Source of the DNA: Gammaproteobacteria bacterium
GTDB lineage: Bacteria > Pseudomonadota > Gammaproteobacteria > GCA-002705445 > GCA-002716945
Direction: 5' to 3'
Length of the DNA: 64,000 nt
NCBI GenBank assembly: GCA_038142325.1
Contig: JAYQJW010000002.1
Span: forward strand, 128,001-192,000
Positions 22,908-32,839 of the stretch are shown piece by piece (the first letter of the stretch is position 1; every line of letters starts with the position of its first letter). Under the pieces are notes generated by a model. That model saw only the letters and a list, made by a program, of their open reading frames with translations, made no database searches and had not been told where the DNA came from. The position numbers were made by a program, and so were the translations under genes.

Positions 22908-23689
22908 TAACAGTGTTAGATGAAATAATAAAAAATAAATTTAAAGAAATTGATAGGCTTAAATCATCATTTGTTGTATCTGATTTTGACAGTATTTCTA
23001 GTGATAGGTCTTTTTACAATAATCTTTTAACACGTCAAAACTCTAATAAAAACTCAATAATTGCTGAGATAAAAAGAAGATCTCCTAGTAAAGGAATTCT
23101 ATGTGAAAATCTTGATGTATCTAAAAAGGCAAAAGAGTATGAAAAAGGAGGCGCAACTTGTATATCAGTATTAACAGAGAGAGACTACTTTAATGGCTCT
23201 AATGATGACTTAGAGATAGTAAGAAACTCTGTAGAAGTCCCAGTTTTGAGAAAAGATTTTATTCTTGATCCTATACAAGTATACGAAAGTAAAGCGATAA
23301 ATGCTGACTGTATACTGTTAATTGTTTCTGCACTGAAGAAAAAATTATTTATAGAATTATGTACATTAGCTTCTTCACTACACCTTGATGTCTTGGTCGA
23401 AGTTCATGATATTTATGAACTTGATTTTGCTTTATCTCAGAACATCAAAATCTTAGGTATAAATAATAGAAATCTTAAGAATTTTAAAGTAGATCTCAAT
23501 ACAAGTGTAGAACTAGCTAAACATATTAAAAGCGAGGATGTGGTAATTATTAGTGAGAGCGGTATTAGTCATAAAGATGATGTACTAAATCTTAATAATG
23601 CTGGTATTTTCACATTTCTTATTGGGGAACATTTGATAAAATCCTCAGATACTGAAAAATCTATACAGGAATTAATAAATGTTGGATAA
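22904..23689 (+). CDS. trpC: indole-3-glycerol phosphate synthase
   Basis: IAEIKRRSPSKG, SVLTE, LRKDFI and GINNRNL motifs. Confidence 0.96.
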   Translation: MITVLDEIIKNKFKEIDRLKSSFVVSDFDSISSDRSFYNNLLTRQNSNKNSIIAEIKRRSPSKGILCENLDVSKKAKEYEKGGATCISVLTERDYFNGSNDDLEIVRNSVEVPVLRKDFILDPIQVYESKAINADCILLIVSALKKKLFIELCTLASSLHLDVLVEVHDIYELDFALSQNIKILGINNRNLKNFKVDLNTSVELAKHIKSEDVVIISESGISHKDDVLNLNNAGIFTFLIGEHLIKSSDTEKSIQELINVG

Positions 23690-24068
23690 CCTAGGAATAC
23701 GTCACTTAGCACTAAAGGTAAAAAACTTTGAAGAATGCTTGAAGTTTTACACGCAAATATTAGGTATGAAAGTTGATTGGCAACCAGATCACGAAAATGT
23801 ATATCTTACTAATGGAAAAGATAACCTAGCTCTTCATTATGACGAAGATTTATCTTTGGAAAGCGAGTCCAGGCTTGATCATTTTGGAATTTTTGTTCGA
23901 AAACAGGAGGACATTGACGTTTTTCTTAAACATATTCAGGAAAACAATATCAAAATCCACAAAGAAAAAAAGACTCACAGAGATAACTCTATAAGTTTTT
24001 ATGTAGAAGATCCTGATGGAAATATATTACAAATATTATGGCATCCTACGTTAAGCAATGAGTCTTAA
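23679..24068 (+). CDS. VOC (glyoxalase/bleomycin resistance/dioxygenase) family protein
   Basis: IRHLALKV, LDHFGI and FYVEDPDGN motifs. Confidence 0.85.
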   Translation: MLDNLGIRHLALKVKNFEECLKFYTQILGMKVDWQPDHENVYLTNGKDNLALHYDEDLSLESESRLDHFGIFVRKQEDIDVFLKHIQENNIKIHKEKKTHRDNSISFYVEDPDGNILQILWHPTLSNES

Positions 24069-24708
24069 TTTATCGAATACTAGTCAATCATTAATCATAA
24101 ATACATACTATGTCTTCAAATGCGAAGAAACTAACAGGATGTCTGTGAATAATAAAATTGACTCGAATTTTAGTATTAAAAAAATGATACATATGCTTAC
24201 ATCAATATCTAAAATACTTGACACTAAAATAATAAATACATCAAGCCATAGTTTTGAACCATCTGGGACAAGCGTTTCATCAATTATAGAGTCTAAGGAT
24301 TATATTACAGGAGCCTCTGGAGTAATGCATCTGAACGAGAGTCATATCAGCTTTCATTCATATTATGAACACTCAATATCAAATAATATTATCCTTAGAT
24401 TAGAATTACATATTTCTTCGTGTAGTAACAAGAGCGTGTACAACTCGATAAATGTTTTATCAAGTGACAATAACTACGAAAAATATTACGCTATGACCCT
24501 TGATTATTTTCATAGAGGTTTGAATTTAGAGAATATTAAACAAGATGGCGGTGATATTTTTAAGACATATATTCAGAGTAAAGTAGGGCAATACGACATA
24601 ATCGAAGACGAGTCTAGTCTATCGTTTCAACATACTAAGATCATAAGGAAAAAAGAGCATCATGACTCTGATGCCCTTATAGAATGTCTGAATAAATTTT
24701 TAATTTAA
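24058..24708 (+). CDS. speD: divergent pyruvoyl-dependent S-adenosylmethionine decarboxylase homologue
   Basis: FEPSGTSV, HLNESHISFHSYYE (autocleavage Ser), ISSC and LDYFHRG align by eye with gammaproteobacterial SpeD; usual trpC-speD-coq7-rplM neighbourhood. Confidence 0.72.
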   Translation: MSLNLSNTSQSLIINTYYVFKCEETNRMSVNNKIDSNFSIKKMIHMLTSISKILDTKIINTSSHSFEPSGTSVSSIIESKDYITGASGVMHLNESHISFHSYYEHSISNNIILRLELHISSCSNKSVYNSINVLSSDNNYEKYYAMTLDYFHRGLNLENIKQDGGDIFKTYIQSKVGQYDIIEDESSLSFQHTKIIRKKEHHDSDALIECLNKFLI

Positions 24709-25310
24709 AAATAGAAACTTATTTTTTTCATTACTTTAGATGACAAGGCCATTAGATTTTTTACTTCGATACTCAAATCACTTGACCCAAGGCTCTTAGC
24801 CGTATTTTTATGTTTAGACTCATCTATTTTTATATTCTCTAAAATCTTTCTACTTTTGTCGTCGTTGCTAGGCAGTTTTTTTGTGTACTCATCAAGATGC
24901 TGTTCTACCTGATCTTCTGTTTCATAGATAAATCCTAGTGATTTATCTTTATCTAACAATCCTACGTAGGCCCCTAATAAAAATGATGACGCATACCATA
25001 AACTATTAAGGTTGCTTGTCTGACCAGAAAGCTCTGTAAGTCTGTTCTCACACATTGTTAAATGATTCATTTCTTCTTCACACATCTTTAATATTATCTT
25101 TTTTGTATTTGAATCTTTGGTTGTCATGGCTTGCCCTCTATATAGTGCTTGCGCACACACCTCCCCCATATGATTAACTCTCATTACTCTTTGTGATTGT
25201 TTTTGATCATCATTTGTTAAATTTGTCTCTAATTCATCTGATAGTCTTGAGTTATGAAGGACATCAATAGCATAGTCCAATTCTTTCAAAATATTATCTA
25301 AACTCGGCAT
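24705..25310 (-). CDS. coq7: demethoxyubiquinone hydroxylase (Coq7 family)
   Basis: MRVNHMGEVCAQALYRGQ, EExxH, ETEDQVEQHL and DESKH diiron motifs. Confidence 0.93.
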   Translation of the reverse strand: MPSLDNILKELDYAIDVLHNSRLSDELETNLTNDDQKQSQRVMRVNHMGEVCAQALYRGQAMTTKDSNTKKIILKMCEEEMNHLTMCENRLTELSGQTSNLNSLWYASSFLLGAYVGLLDKDKSLGFIYETEDQVEQHLDEYTKKLPSNDDKSRKILENIKIDESKHKNTAKSLGSSDLSIEVKNLMALSSKVMKKISFYF

Positions 25311-25347
25311 AAATTAGGACCCATTTGATTGAATTTTAAATAATTGC

Positions 25348-25376
25348 TTGTATACATTAGCTTATGTGAGTAAAAT
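25348..25376 (+). promoter_or_regulatory. sigma70 promoter of rplM-rpsI
   Basis: TTGTAT-17 nt-TAAAAT, 8 nt before the GTG start at 25385. Confidence 0.55.
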
Positions 25377-25384
25377 CTCTATCC

Positions 25385-25798
25385 GTGAGTATAAATGATA
25401 GCAATAAACAGTGGTATGTCATAGACGCTACAGACGTTATTTTAGGACGTTTAGCATCTAAGGTAGCAATGATGCTCAAAGGCAAGCATAAACCTCAATA
25501 TCAACCCCATACTGATGAAGGTGACTATATTATTGTTATTAATGCAAAGAAGATTAAGGTAACAGGCAATAAATTATCAGATAAGATTTACCATAAACAT
25601 ACTGGTTACATAGGAAATTTGAAGTCTACTCCTCTGGCTAAAATGATTGATAAGAAAGCTGATTTTGTCATTAAGAATGCCGTTAAAGGAATGTTGCCAA
25701 AAAATCCTCTAGGAAGATCCATGATTAAAAAACTAAAAGTATTTGAAAATGAAAAACATAGTCATGGAGCACAAAAACCAACTGTTTTAGAGATATAA
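25385..25798 (+). CDS. rplM: 50S ribosomal protein L13
   Basis: WYVIDA, LGRLAS, GKHKP, HTGYIG and [12 protein letters not shown] motifs. Confidence 0.98.
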   Translation: MSINDSNKQWYVIDATDVILGRLASKVAMMLKGKHKPQYQPHTDEGDYIIVINAKKIKVTGNKLSDKIYHKHTGYIGNLKSTPLAKMIDKKADFVIKNAVKGMLPKNPLGRSMIKKLKVFENEKHSHGAQKPTVLEI

Positions 25799-25802
25799 AA
25801 TT

Positions 25803-26189
25803 ATGCACAAGACTTACGGTACAGGCAGAAGAAAGACATCAAGTGCACGAGTCTATTTATACAGCGGAACTGGAGATATTAAAATCAATTCACAAAATGT
25901 CGACGAATTTACCAAGTCTGCAACACTTTCAGCATACCTACTTGCGCCTTTGACAAAAACGCAAATGCAGGACAAAGTAAACCTAAATGTATCTGTCGTG
26001 GGCGGGGGTAAAAGTGGTCAAGTTGGAGCCATAGTCCATGGATTAACGAGAGCATTAGTTAAGTATCAAAATGATCTTCTTCCTATACTTAAAAGAGAGG
26101 GTTTTGTCACCAGAGATGACCGAAAAGTTGAGCGTAAAAAGGTAGGTTTACGTAAAGCTAGAAAAGCTACTCAATTCTCTAAACGATAG
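25803..26189 (+). CDS. rpsI: 30S ribosomal protein S9
   Basis: YGTGRRK, GGGKSGQ and ERKKVGLRKARKATQFSKR. Confidence 0.98.
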   Translation: MHKTYGTGRRKTSSARVYLYSGTGDIKINSQNVDEFTKSATLSAYLLAPLTKTQMQDKVNLNVSVVGGGKSGQVGAIVHGLTRALVKYQNDLLPILKREGFVTRDDRKVERKKVGLRKARKATQFSKR

Positions 26190-26844
26190 GTTCAGAAATC
26201 TCAACCCCGCTCTCGTTCGCGCATAACAATAAATTTGCATGATCGAGCGCAAAAATACCATTTGTTACTACACCAGGGATGTTATTAATCTTTTTCTCAA
26301 GGTCAATTGGTTCCAGAATTTCTAAATTATGAACATCTATAATAAGATTACCATTATCTGTAACAAAATCACTTCTCAAAACGGGCCTTCCGCCAATTTT
26401 TATTAATTCCATGGAAACAGAACTTCTAGCAATAGGTATAACCTCAATAGGCAGTGGAAATTTTCCCAGAACATCTACCTTTTTTGATTCATCGACAATA
26501 CAAATGAATTTTTCAGAGTTATGCGCCAAGATTTTTTCTCTTGTCAATGCGCCTCCTCCACCTTTGATCATTTGAAGATATTTATTAACTTCATCAGCAC
26601 CATCTATATATTTTGTTAACTTTCCTACTTCACTTAATTGCGATACTTTAAAACCATTAGCTAATAGTAGCTGGGTTGATTTTTCTGAACTTGATACGAC
26701 ACATTCAATCTTATTTTTTACTTTTGCAAGTTTATCAATAAGTATGTTGACAGTAGAACCAGATCCTATGCCAAGAGACTCATTGTTATCGATATAATCT
26801 AAAGCTGCTTCTGCAACTTTTTCTTTTTTAGAATTCTGGCTCAT
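26179..26844 (-). CDS. rpiA: ribose-5-phosphate isomerase A
   Basis: GIGSGST, DGADE, IKGGGGALTREK and TDNGN motifs. Confidence 0.97.
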   Translation of the reverse strand: MSQNSKKEKVAEAALDYIDNNESLGIGSGSTVNILIDKLAKVKNKIECVVSSSEKSTQLLLANGFKVSQLSEVGKLTKYIDGADEVNKYLQMIKGGGGALTREKILAHNSEKFICIVDESKKVDVLGKFPLPIEVIPIARSSVSMELIKIGGRPVLRSDFVTDNGNLIIDVHNLEILEPIDLEKKINNIPGVVTNGIFALDHANLLLCANESGVEISEPIV

Positions 26845-26883
26845 TTATGAAAATAATTGTTTTTAGTATACACTATATCGTGT

Positions 26884-28410
26884 ATGTCAATAAAAGATAC
26901 ATATACTAAAACATGTTTTAATAAGATTTTAAAAGCTGACCGTGTATATGATGTAGCTACTATTACACCTCTCCAGTCTGCTCCTAAAATCTCATCAAAA
27001 TTTAATAATAAATTTGTTATCAAGAGAGAGGATTTACAACCTGTATTTTCCTTTAAACTAAGAGGCGCATACAACAAGATCTCTAATCTTAAAAATGTTA
27101 AATATATTGTAGCAGCATCAGCTGGTAATCATGCTCAAGGAGTTGCATTGAGTTGTAGGAAATTGAATATCCCATCATTGATTGTTATGCCACAGACTAC
27201 ACCTACTATTAAAATAGATGCTGTAAAAAAATATGGGTCAAAAGTTATTTTATTTGGCGACACGTATGACGAGGCATACAACTTTGCCGTGAAGTATTCT
27301 AAAGATAATAATTTTAGCTTTGTTCATCCATATGATGATTTAGATGTAATTGCTGGCCAAGGAACAATAGGGGTAGAGTTATTATCACAGTTAGAGAAGC
27401 ACCCTGATTATATTTTTATCCCTGTTGGTGGTGGTGGGCTACTAGCAGGTATAGCGGTATATATAAAAATGATTGATCCTAAAATTAAAATTATTGCTGT
27501 GGAAGCTGAAGATTCTGCATGCTTTAATCTAGCTTACAGGCATGGCAAACCAATATCATTAAAACATGTTGGTATATTTGCTGATGGTGTTGCAGTAAAA
27601 AAAATTGGTGATAAAACATTTAGACTTTCGAAAGATATCATTGACTCATGTATTACAGTTACAACGGATGAAATTTGCTCATCTATTAAGGATATTTATG
27701 ATGAAAAAAGAGTAATTGCAGAACCAGCTGGAGCATTATCATTGGCTGGTGCTAAAAAATATATTACATCGAATAAAATTGAGAATAAAAATATAGTGAT
27801 AATTTTATGTGGTGCAAATATGAATTTTGACAGGCTTAGACATGTTTCAGAAAGAGCTGATATTGGAGAAAGTACTGAACTTATTCTCGGTGTGACAATC
27901 GATGAAAGACCAGGAAGTTTTAAAAAATTCTGTTCTATAATAGGCAAAAGAGCAATAACAGAATTCAATTATCGTTATTCAGACAATAAAAATGCACAGG
28001 TGTTTGTAGGCATTAAAACAACCAAGGGAATTAGCGAGAAAAAGCAAATTATCTCTAAACTTAAGTCAAATAAATATAGATGCCATGATTTAAGTGATAA
28101 TGAAATGGCGAAGTCGCATGTTAGATATATGGTTGGAGGTACAAGTAACAATGCCACAAATGAGAGAATTTATCGATTTATGTTTCCTGAGAAGCCAGGT
28201 GAACTTTTGAAATTTCTTAATAATATAGGTTCCAAGTGGAACATAAGTCTTTTCCACTACAGGAATCATGGAGCTGATTTTGGAAGAGTTTTAATTGGAT
28301 TACAAGCTCAAGAAAGTGACGTGAATAGTCTAGAACGACATCTTCGATCATTAAATTATAAATTTTATGATGAATCAGATAATTCAGCATATAAACAATT
28401 CTTGAAATAA
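26884..28410 (+). CDS. ilvA: biosynthetic threonine ammonia-lyase
   Basis: KREDLQPVFSFKLRGAYNK, ASAGNHAQG and C-terminal ACT domains; ATG 26884 preferred over TTG 26857. Confidence 0.96.
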   Translation: MSIKDTYTKTCFNKILKADRVYDVATITPLQSAPKISSKFNNKFVIKREDLQPVFSFKLRGAYNKISNLKNVKYIVAASAGNHAQGVALSCRKLNIPSLIVMPQTTPTIKIDAVKKYGSKVILFGDTYDEAYNFAVKYSKDNNFSFVHPYDDLDVIAGQGTIGVELLSQLEKHPDYIFIPVGGGGLLAGIAVYIKMIDPKIKIIAVEAEDSACFNLAYRHGKPISLKHVGIFADGVAVKKIGDKTFRLSKDIIDSCITVTTDEICSSIKDIYDEKRVIAEPAGALSLAGAKKYITSNKIENKNIVIILCGANMNFDRLRHVSERADIGESTELILGVTIDERPGSFKKFCSIIGKRAITEFNYRYSDNKNAQVFVGIKTTKGISEKKQIISKLKSNKYRCHDLSDNEMAKSHVRYMVGGTSNNATNERIYRFMFPEKPGELLKFLNNIGSKWNISLFHYRNHGADFGRVLIGLQAQESDVNSLERHLRSLNYKFYDESDNSAYKQFLK

Positions 28411-28439
28411 AAAAAAGGCCCTTAACAAAAGGGCCTTTT
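28411..28439. terminator. bidirectional intrinsic terminator
   Basis: AAAAGGCCCTT-aacaa-AAGGGCCTTTT hairpin with A and T tails, between convergent ilvA and the basic-repeat gene. Confidence 0.85.
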
Positions 28440-28458
28440 AATACTATTTTACTAAGAA

Positions 28459-28801
28459 TTAACGTCTAGTTTTACGTCTAGCAGTCTTTTTCTTAGCTAC
28501 TTTACGCTTAGCAGTTTTTTTCTTAGCTACTTTACGCTTAGCAGTCTTTTTCTTAGCTACTTTACGCTTAGCAGTTTTTTTCTTAGCTACTTTACGCTTA
28601 GCAGTTTTTTTCTTAGCTACTTTACGCTTAGCAGTCTTTTTCTTAGCTACTTTACGCTTAGCAGTTTTTTTCTTAGCTACTTTACGCTTAGCAGTTTTTT
28701 TCTTAGCTACTTTACGCTTTTTTAGCAGTAACTTTTTTCTTAGCTACTTTACGTTTAGCAACTTTTGTTTTTCTTTTAGCTTTTGCTTTCTTTTTAACCA
28801 T
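28459..28801 (-). CDS. histone H1-like / protamine-like Lys-Arg-rich repeat protein (~113 aa; one extra A in the run near 28720; missed by ORF track)
   Basis: GGAGG SD then ATG at 28801; MVKKKAKAKRKTKVAKRK-VAKKKVTAKKRK-(VAKKKTAKRK)x7-VAKKKTARRK-TRR*; variation among the core repeats is synonymous; terminator downstream. Confidence 0.85.
28471..28710. repeat. 8 tandem copies of a 30-bp unit (plus a degenerate copy to ~28760)
   Basis: Unit TTTACGCTTAGCAGT(C/T)TTTTTCTTAGCTAC repeats head-to-tail with no spacers. Confidence 0.97.
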
Positions 28802-28832
28802 AAATCCTCCGCGGTATTGGTGGTTAATTTTT

Positions 28833-28860
28833 AGTTTAGTAAATTATTTTTCAAAAACAA
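28833..28860 (-). promoter_or_regulatory. candidate sigma70 promoter for the H1-like gene
   Basis: TTGTTT-16 nt-TAAACT on the minus strand ~30 nt upstream of ATG 28801. Confidence 0.35.
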
Positions 28861-28894
28861 GTATTAATTAGTTATTTTTAAATTTATTTTTTAG

Positions 28895-29350
28895 TTACTT
28901 TGTTAGATTAATTATAAAATCCCATTCTTTTTTTTCTATCTTTGTAATTGATAGTCTATTTCCACGTTGAACCACACGCATGTTTGATAAATCTTTGTAT
29001 GATTTCAAATCCTTTAGTGTAACTATCTTTTTAAATTTCTTTTTAAATTTTACATCAACCATGAACCATCGCGGTGCGGACTTATTACTTTTTGGATCAT
29101 AGTATTTAGCCTTCTTATCAAATGCAGTATGGTCTACATAAGCTCCAGAACATATCGTCATTAGGCCATATATCCCAGGAATTTCACAGTTTGAGTGGTA
29201 AAAGAAAGCATGATCACCAATCCTCATATCATCCCTGATCATATTACGAACTTGATAATTTCTTATACCATCCCATGGTTCAATTTTGTCTCTAGCAAGA
29301 TCATCAATACTATAATCTTCTGGCTCGTTTTTCATAAGCCAGTAATTCAT
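28895..29350 (-). CDS. EVE domain protein
   Basis: YWLMKNEP, WDGIRNYQVRN, FFYHS, YYDPKS and RLSI motifs. Confidence 0.92.
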   Translation of the reverse strand: MNYWLMKNEPEDYSIDDLARDKIEPWDGIRNYQVRNMIRDDMRIGDHAFFYHSNCEIPGIYGLMTICSGAYVDHTAFDKKAKYYDPKSNKSAPRWFMVDVKFKKKFKKIVTLKDLKSYKDLSNMRVVQRGNRLSITKIEKKEWDFIINLTK

Positions 29351-29634
29351 TTAAGTATATTAAGTAGTTTGTTATTAATCGCTTCAATACTTGATTCTAC
29401 TGAGCTTAATTCATCAAGCTTTATCTTATTTTTTATATCAGACCCTGCAATGTTTAACAGTAGTAGTACTAAAAAGTAATCATGACCAACATTTTTTGTT
29501 TGTTCTTTTACATTCTCAGCTTCTTCTATAATGCGGTCTCTCGATTTCAAAAGTATTTGCTTTTCTTCTTCTGAGCACATTACAGACACATCTTGTCCTA
29601 GTATATTTATGTCAACTTTAGTCTTTTCCATCAT
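29347..29634 (-). CDS. zapA: cell division protein ZapA (divergent)
   Basis: VDINILGQDVSVMC...EE...L fold pattern; zapB-zapA lie divergent from ygfB-pepP-ubiH as usual. Confidence 0.75.
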   Translation of the reverse strand: MMEKTKVDINILGQDVSVMCSEEEKQILLKSRDRIIEEAENVKEQTKNVGHDYFLVLLLLNIAGSDIKNKIKLDELSSVESSIEAINNKLLNILK

Positions 29635-29839
29635 CTTTCATATTATTGATTCTTTCTAATAATGCTTTAAGTTGAGACTTTGCGGTCTCATTTTTTTTAA
29701 TCAGATCTGACTTTTCACTAACAAGTTTAGTCTGTTGATGTTTCAAAAGTTCGTTTTCAAGTTTTGTAGAATCATTTTGTTTGTTTAGTAAATCTAAATT
29801 CTTTTCAAGGTTATTCAATTTTTCTAATAAAGTAGACAT
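29618..29839 (-). CDS. short coiled-coil protein, ZapB/TIGR02449-like
   Basis: Heptad-rich; EKSDLIKKNETAKSQLKALLERI; directly upstream of zapA. Confidence 0.7.
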   Translation of the reverse strand: MSTLLEKLNNLEKNLDLLNKQNDSTKLENELLKHQQTKLVSEKSDLIKKNETAKSQLKALLERINNMKDDGKD

Positions 29840-29904
29840 ACTGTATAATATAATTACACAAACTCGATTAATCAATATATATTATTAATTTACATGACTA
29901 ACTT

Positions 29905-30406
29905 ATGAATGTTTCTATGAACAAGCAATTAACTAATTTAATTGAAGACTATGACAGTCCGTTCACATCATCTGAGGTTCATGGTTTCTTTACTGGTCTG
30001 ATACTTTTAAAAAAGGATAATGCATATGTCGATGAAAAAATATTAAGTTTTTTAGATATATCAATTAATTCACTACCTGCATGCCATATATTAATGGATC
30101 GACTAAAAGAAGATATAAAATTAAATAGATATAAGCTTCCCATAGAAGATATGAAAAATTTTTCAGAAAGCATCTTCGTCTATTGCTGAGTGGTCATACT
30201 ATTTCATGATTGCATTTCAAGAAACAAAAGATGCTGTTACAGATCCAAGAATAATGGAAATACTCGAAGTTTTTGATGAAATTAGTCAACTTAATCAAAA
30301 ATATGTAATTGATGTTGATGAAGAAGTTAACATAAACAGCTTATATGAAATACACAATTTTATTGATAAATCAGTTCAATATATATTTAATAAAAGCAAT
30401 GATTAA
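29905..30406 (+). CDS. UPF0149 (YgfB/YecA) family protein (frameshift near 30165)
   Basis: SEVHGFFTG motif; position immediately upstream of pepP. Confidence 0.72.
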
Positions 30407-31706
30407 TTCTGAATACAAAAATAGAAGAACATCGGTTATATCTCAAATAAAAGACGACTCATTATTAATTCTATTTTCTGCTTCTGAAAAGTATAGAAAT
30501 AATGACGTTGCCTATAAATATCGACAATCCAGCAATTTTTATTATCTAACCGGCATAAATGATCCTTCCACAATATTAATGATAACTAAAAATGGATCTA
30601 ACATTAATACAACTCTTATTTGTAAGAGGCCAAATGATTTAGATAAGGTCTGGCATGGACAAGTTCCGTCGAAACACACATACAAAAAAAAATATGATAT
30701 TGAACATGTAATTTACTCCGACGAAGTAAATAAGTTATCTGTTAGAAATGTCAGCAATTTATATTATGAATTTTCTGACGAATATAGATTTACAGATCTA
30801 CTTCAAGAAATTAACTTTGATACTGAAGGTTCTAGATATTTTAAGCATAATAACTCTCAATCTTCAAAAAATGATTTGTACAGTCTTGTTTGTAATATGA
30901 GACGTGTTAAGTCTGATTTTGAAATTAATGAGATAAGAAAAGCTGCTGATGTGTCTATAGTAGCTCATACAAATTTGATGAAGAATTGTAAACCTGGGAT
31001 AAACGAAAATGATCTGGAAGCAGAGTTTGTGAAAATATGTAAGAGTAAAGGATGTGAGCAAGCGTATCCTGCTATTGTTGCGTCTGGTAAAAATGCATGT
31101 ATCTTACACTATACTCAAAATAACTCTAAACTTCGGTCTAATCAACTTATTCTAGTAGATGCTGCTGCAGAGTATAATAACTATGCTTCTGATATTACTC
31201 GCACAATACCTATTAGTGGTCGATATAATTATTATCAAAAAATAATTTATAATATTGTTTTAAAGTCACAAATGATGGCAATTAAAGCTTGTAAGCCTGG
31301 CAATACATTAATCGATATACATAATGTTGCTGTTAAATATATTACTAAAGGTCTAATAGATGCAAAAATTTTAAGAGGGGCGCTTGATAAGAACATAAAG
31401 AAAGGGCTGTACAAAAAATATTTTATGCATAATACAGGTCACTGGCTTGGTTTAGACGTCCATGATCCTAGTTCATACTCTCAAGATGAAAAACCAATAA
31501 CACTAGAACCGGGTATGATTTTCACTGTAGAACCAGGTATTTATATTGATAATGACAAAGCTATTGATAAAGGCTTTCACCACATTGGAGTCAGAATAGA
31601 GGATGATATTCTTATCACAAAAAAGGGTTGTGAAGTTTTAACTAAGGGTGTTCCAAAAACTATTGAAGCTATTGAAAACTTGATGTCATATGGCCAAAAA
31701 ATTTGA
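30399..31706 (+). CDS. pepP: Xaa-Pro aminopeptidase
   Basis: YRQSSNFYYLTG, YASDITRT, HWLGLDVHD, TVEPGIY and GVRIEDD motifs. Confidence 0.95.
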   Translation: MINSEYKNRRTSVISQIKDDSLLILFSASEKYRNNDVAYKYRQSSNFYYLTGINDPSTILMITKNGSNINTTLICKRPNDLDKVWHGQVPSKHTYKKKYDIEHVIYSDEVNKLSVRNVSNLYYEFSDEYRFTDLLQEINFDTEGSRYFKHNNSQSSKNDLYSLVCNMRRVKSDFEINEIRKAADVSIVAHTNLMKNCKPGINENDLEAEFVKICKSKGCEQAYPAIVASGKNACILHYTQNNSKLRSNQLILVDAAAEYNNYASDITRTIPISGRYNYYQKIIYNIVLKSQMMAIKACKPGNTLIDIHNVAVKYITKGLIDAKILRGALDKNIKKGLYKKYFMHNTGHWLGLDVHDPSSYSQDEKPITLEPGMIFTVEPGIYIDNDKAIDKGFHHIGVRIEDDILITKKGCEVLTKGVPKTIEAIENLMSYGQKI

Positions 31707-32837
31707 ATATTTAGTCATAGGCGGAGGTCTAGTTGGCTGCCTTGTCAGTCTGATATTGTCAAAAAAAAAATATAATGTGTGCTTATTTGAAAAAAATAAG
31801 CTCAAAAAAATTATATCTAATAGTTATGTACCTTTGTCACTATCAATAAATTCAGTTAATTTCCTCAAGGATAATAAGATCTGGGATAAGGAAATTTTCC
31901 AGTCGAATGAGATAAATAATCTTACCATCAAGCTCTTTAATAGTTTCAATGTCACAGAGCTTGTAGCTCAAGATATAAATGAGGACCATCTTGGCTGTGT
32001 AGTAAATAAACTAAATTTTTTATCCTACTTAAGAGATCAGTGCTTGAAAAACAGATATATTGAAGTGATTGATAATTGCGATATAAACATTTCAGATTTG
32101 TCTTCACCTTTCGAAGCATATGAAGCAGATCGTAAATTGGATTTATCAGGGACTAATCTTATTATTACTGATGGAGCTAATTCTAAATTTGCTAAAAAGT
32201 TAGATATTAAAACTGATAATATTAATTATGATCAAACATCATACATGTTCAATGTAAATTGCAATTCTTTACCTAATACCGCTTATCAGATTTTTAATAA
32301 AAAAGGGATATTTGCCGTTCTCCCCGGCACAGAGAATAAAGCATGTGTTGTAGCAAGCATATATAATCAATATAAAGATTTTTTAATTTTGAAAGTCAAT
32401 CATGTAACTATAAATTTCTTGAAGAAACACTTAGACCATTTATAAAAAAGATAAATGATCCAAGTCTAATTTATAAATATGATTTAGATACGCAAAGGCT
32501 AGATATTTGGACAAAGAATAATATTTTGTTTCTTGGGAATTCATCACAGCTACTTCATCCTGCGGGAGCACAAGGATTTAATTTTGCAGTTGATTGTATT
32601 AAGGAGATTGATAGTTTAACAGGAGATTTATTTACACCAAACGAACTTGATAGCTCTGTTAAAACGGCAATTAATACTAAAAGATCTGAGTTATTGAAAA
32701 GTATAGATATTATCTCTAAAACTCTCATGAAAAATAAATTGTTAGCAAACATTGCATCTTCAGTTTTTTCAAATGTGCTAAATATATCATCAACTATGAG
32801 AGTAAAATTCATTAAAAACATTCTAGGAATATCATAA
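31690..32837 (+). CDS. ubiH: UbiH-like FAD-dependent ubiquinone hydroxylase (frameshift near 32385)
   Basis: VIGGGLVG, ITDGANS and LGNSSQLLHPAGAQGFN motifs; pepP-ubiH-ubiI synteny. Confidence 0.75.
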
Positions 32838-32839
32838 AA

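Noticed and set aside
28711-28730. Programmed -1 frameshift at AAAAAAG in the H1-like gene
   Set aside because: The reading frame needs a +1 correction and the A-AAA-AAG phase does not match the incoming frame; a homopolymer sequencing error is more likely given the window-wide error rate.
28471-28760. 30-bp repeat as a CRISPR array or non-coding satellite
   Set aside because: Units are directly adjacent with no unique spacers and no cas genes nearby; the unit length is a multiple of 3, core variation is synonymous, and an SD, start and stop are present, so it is coding.
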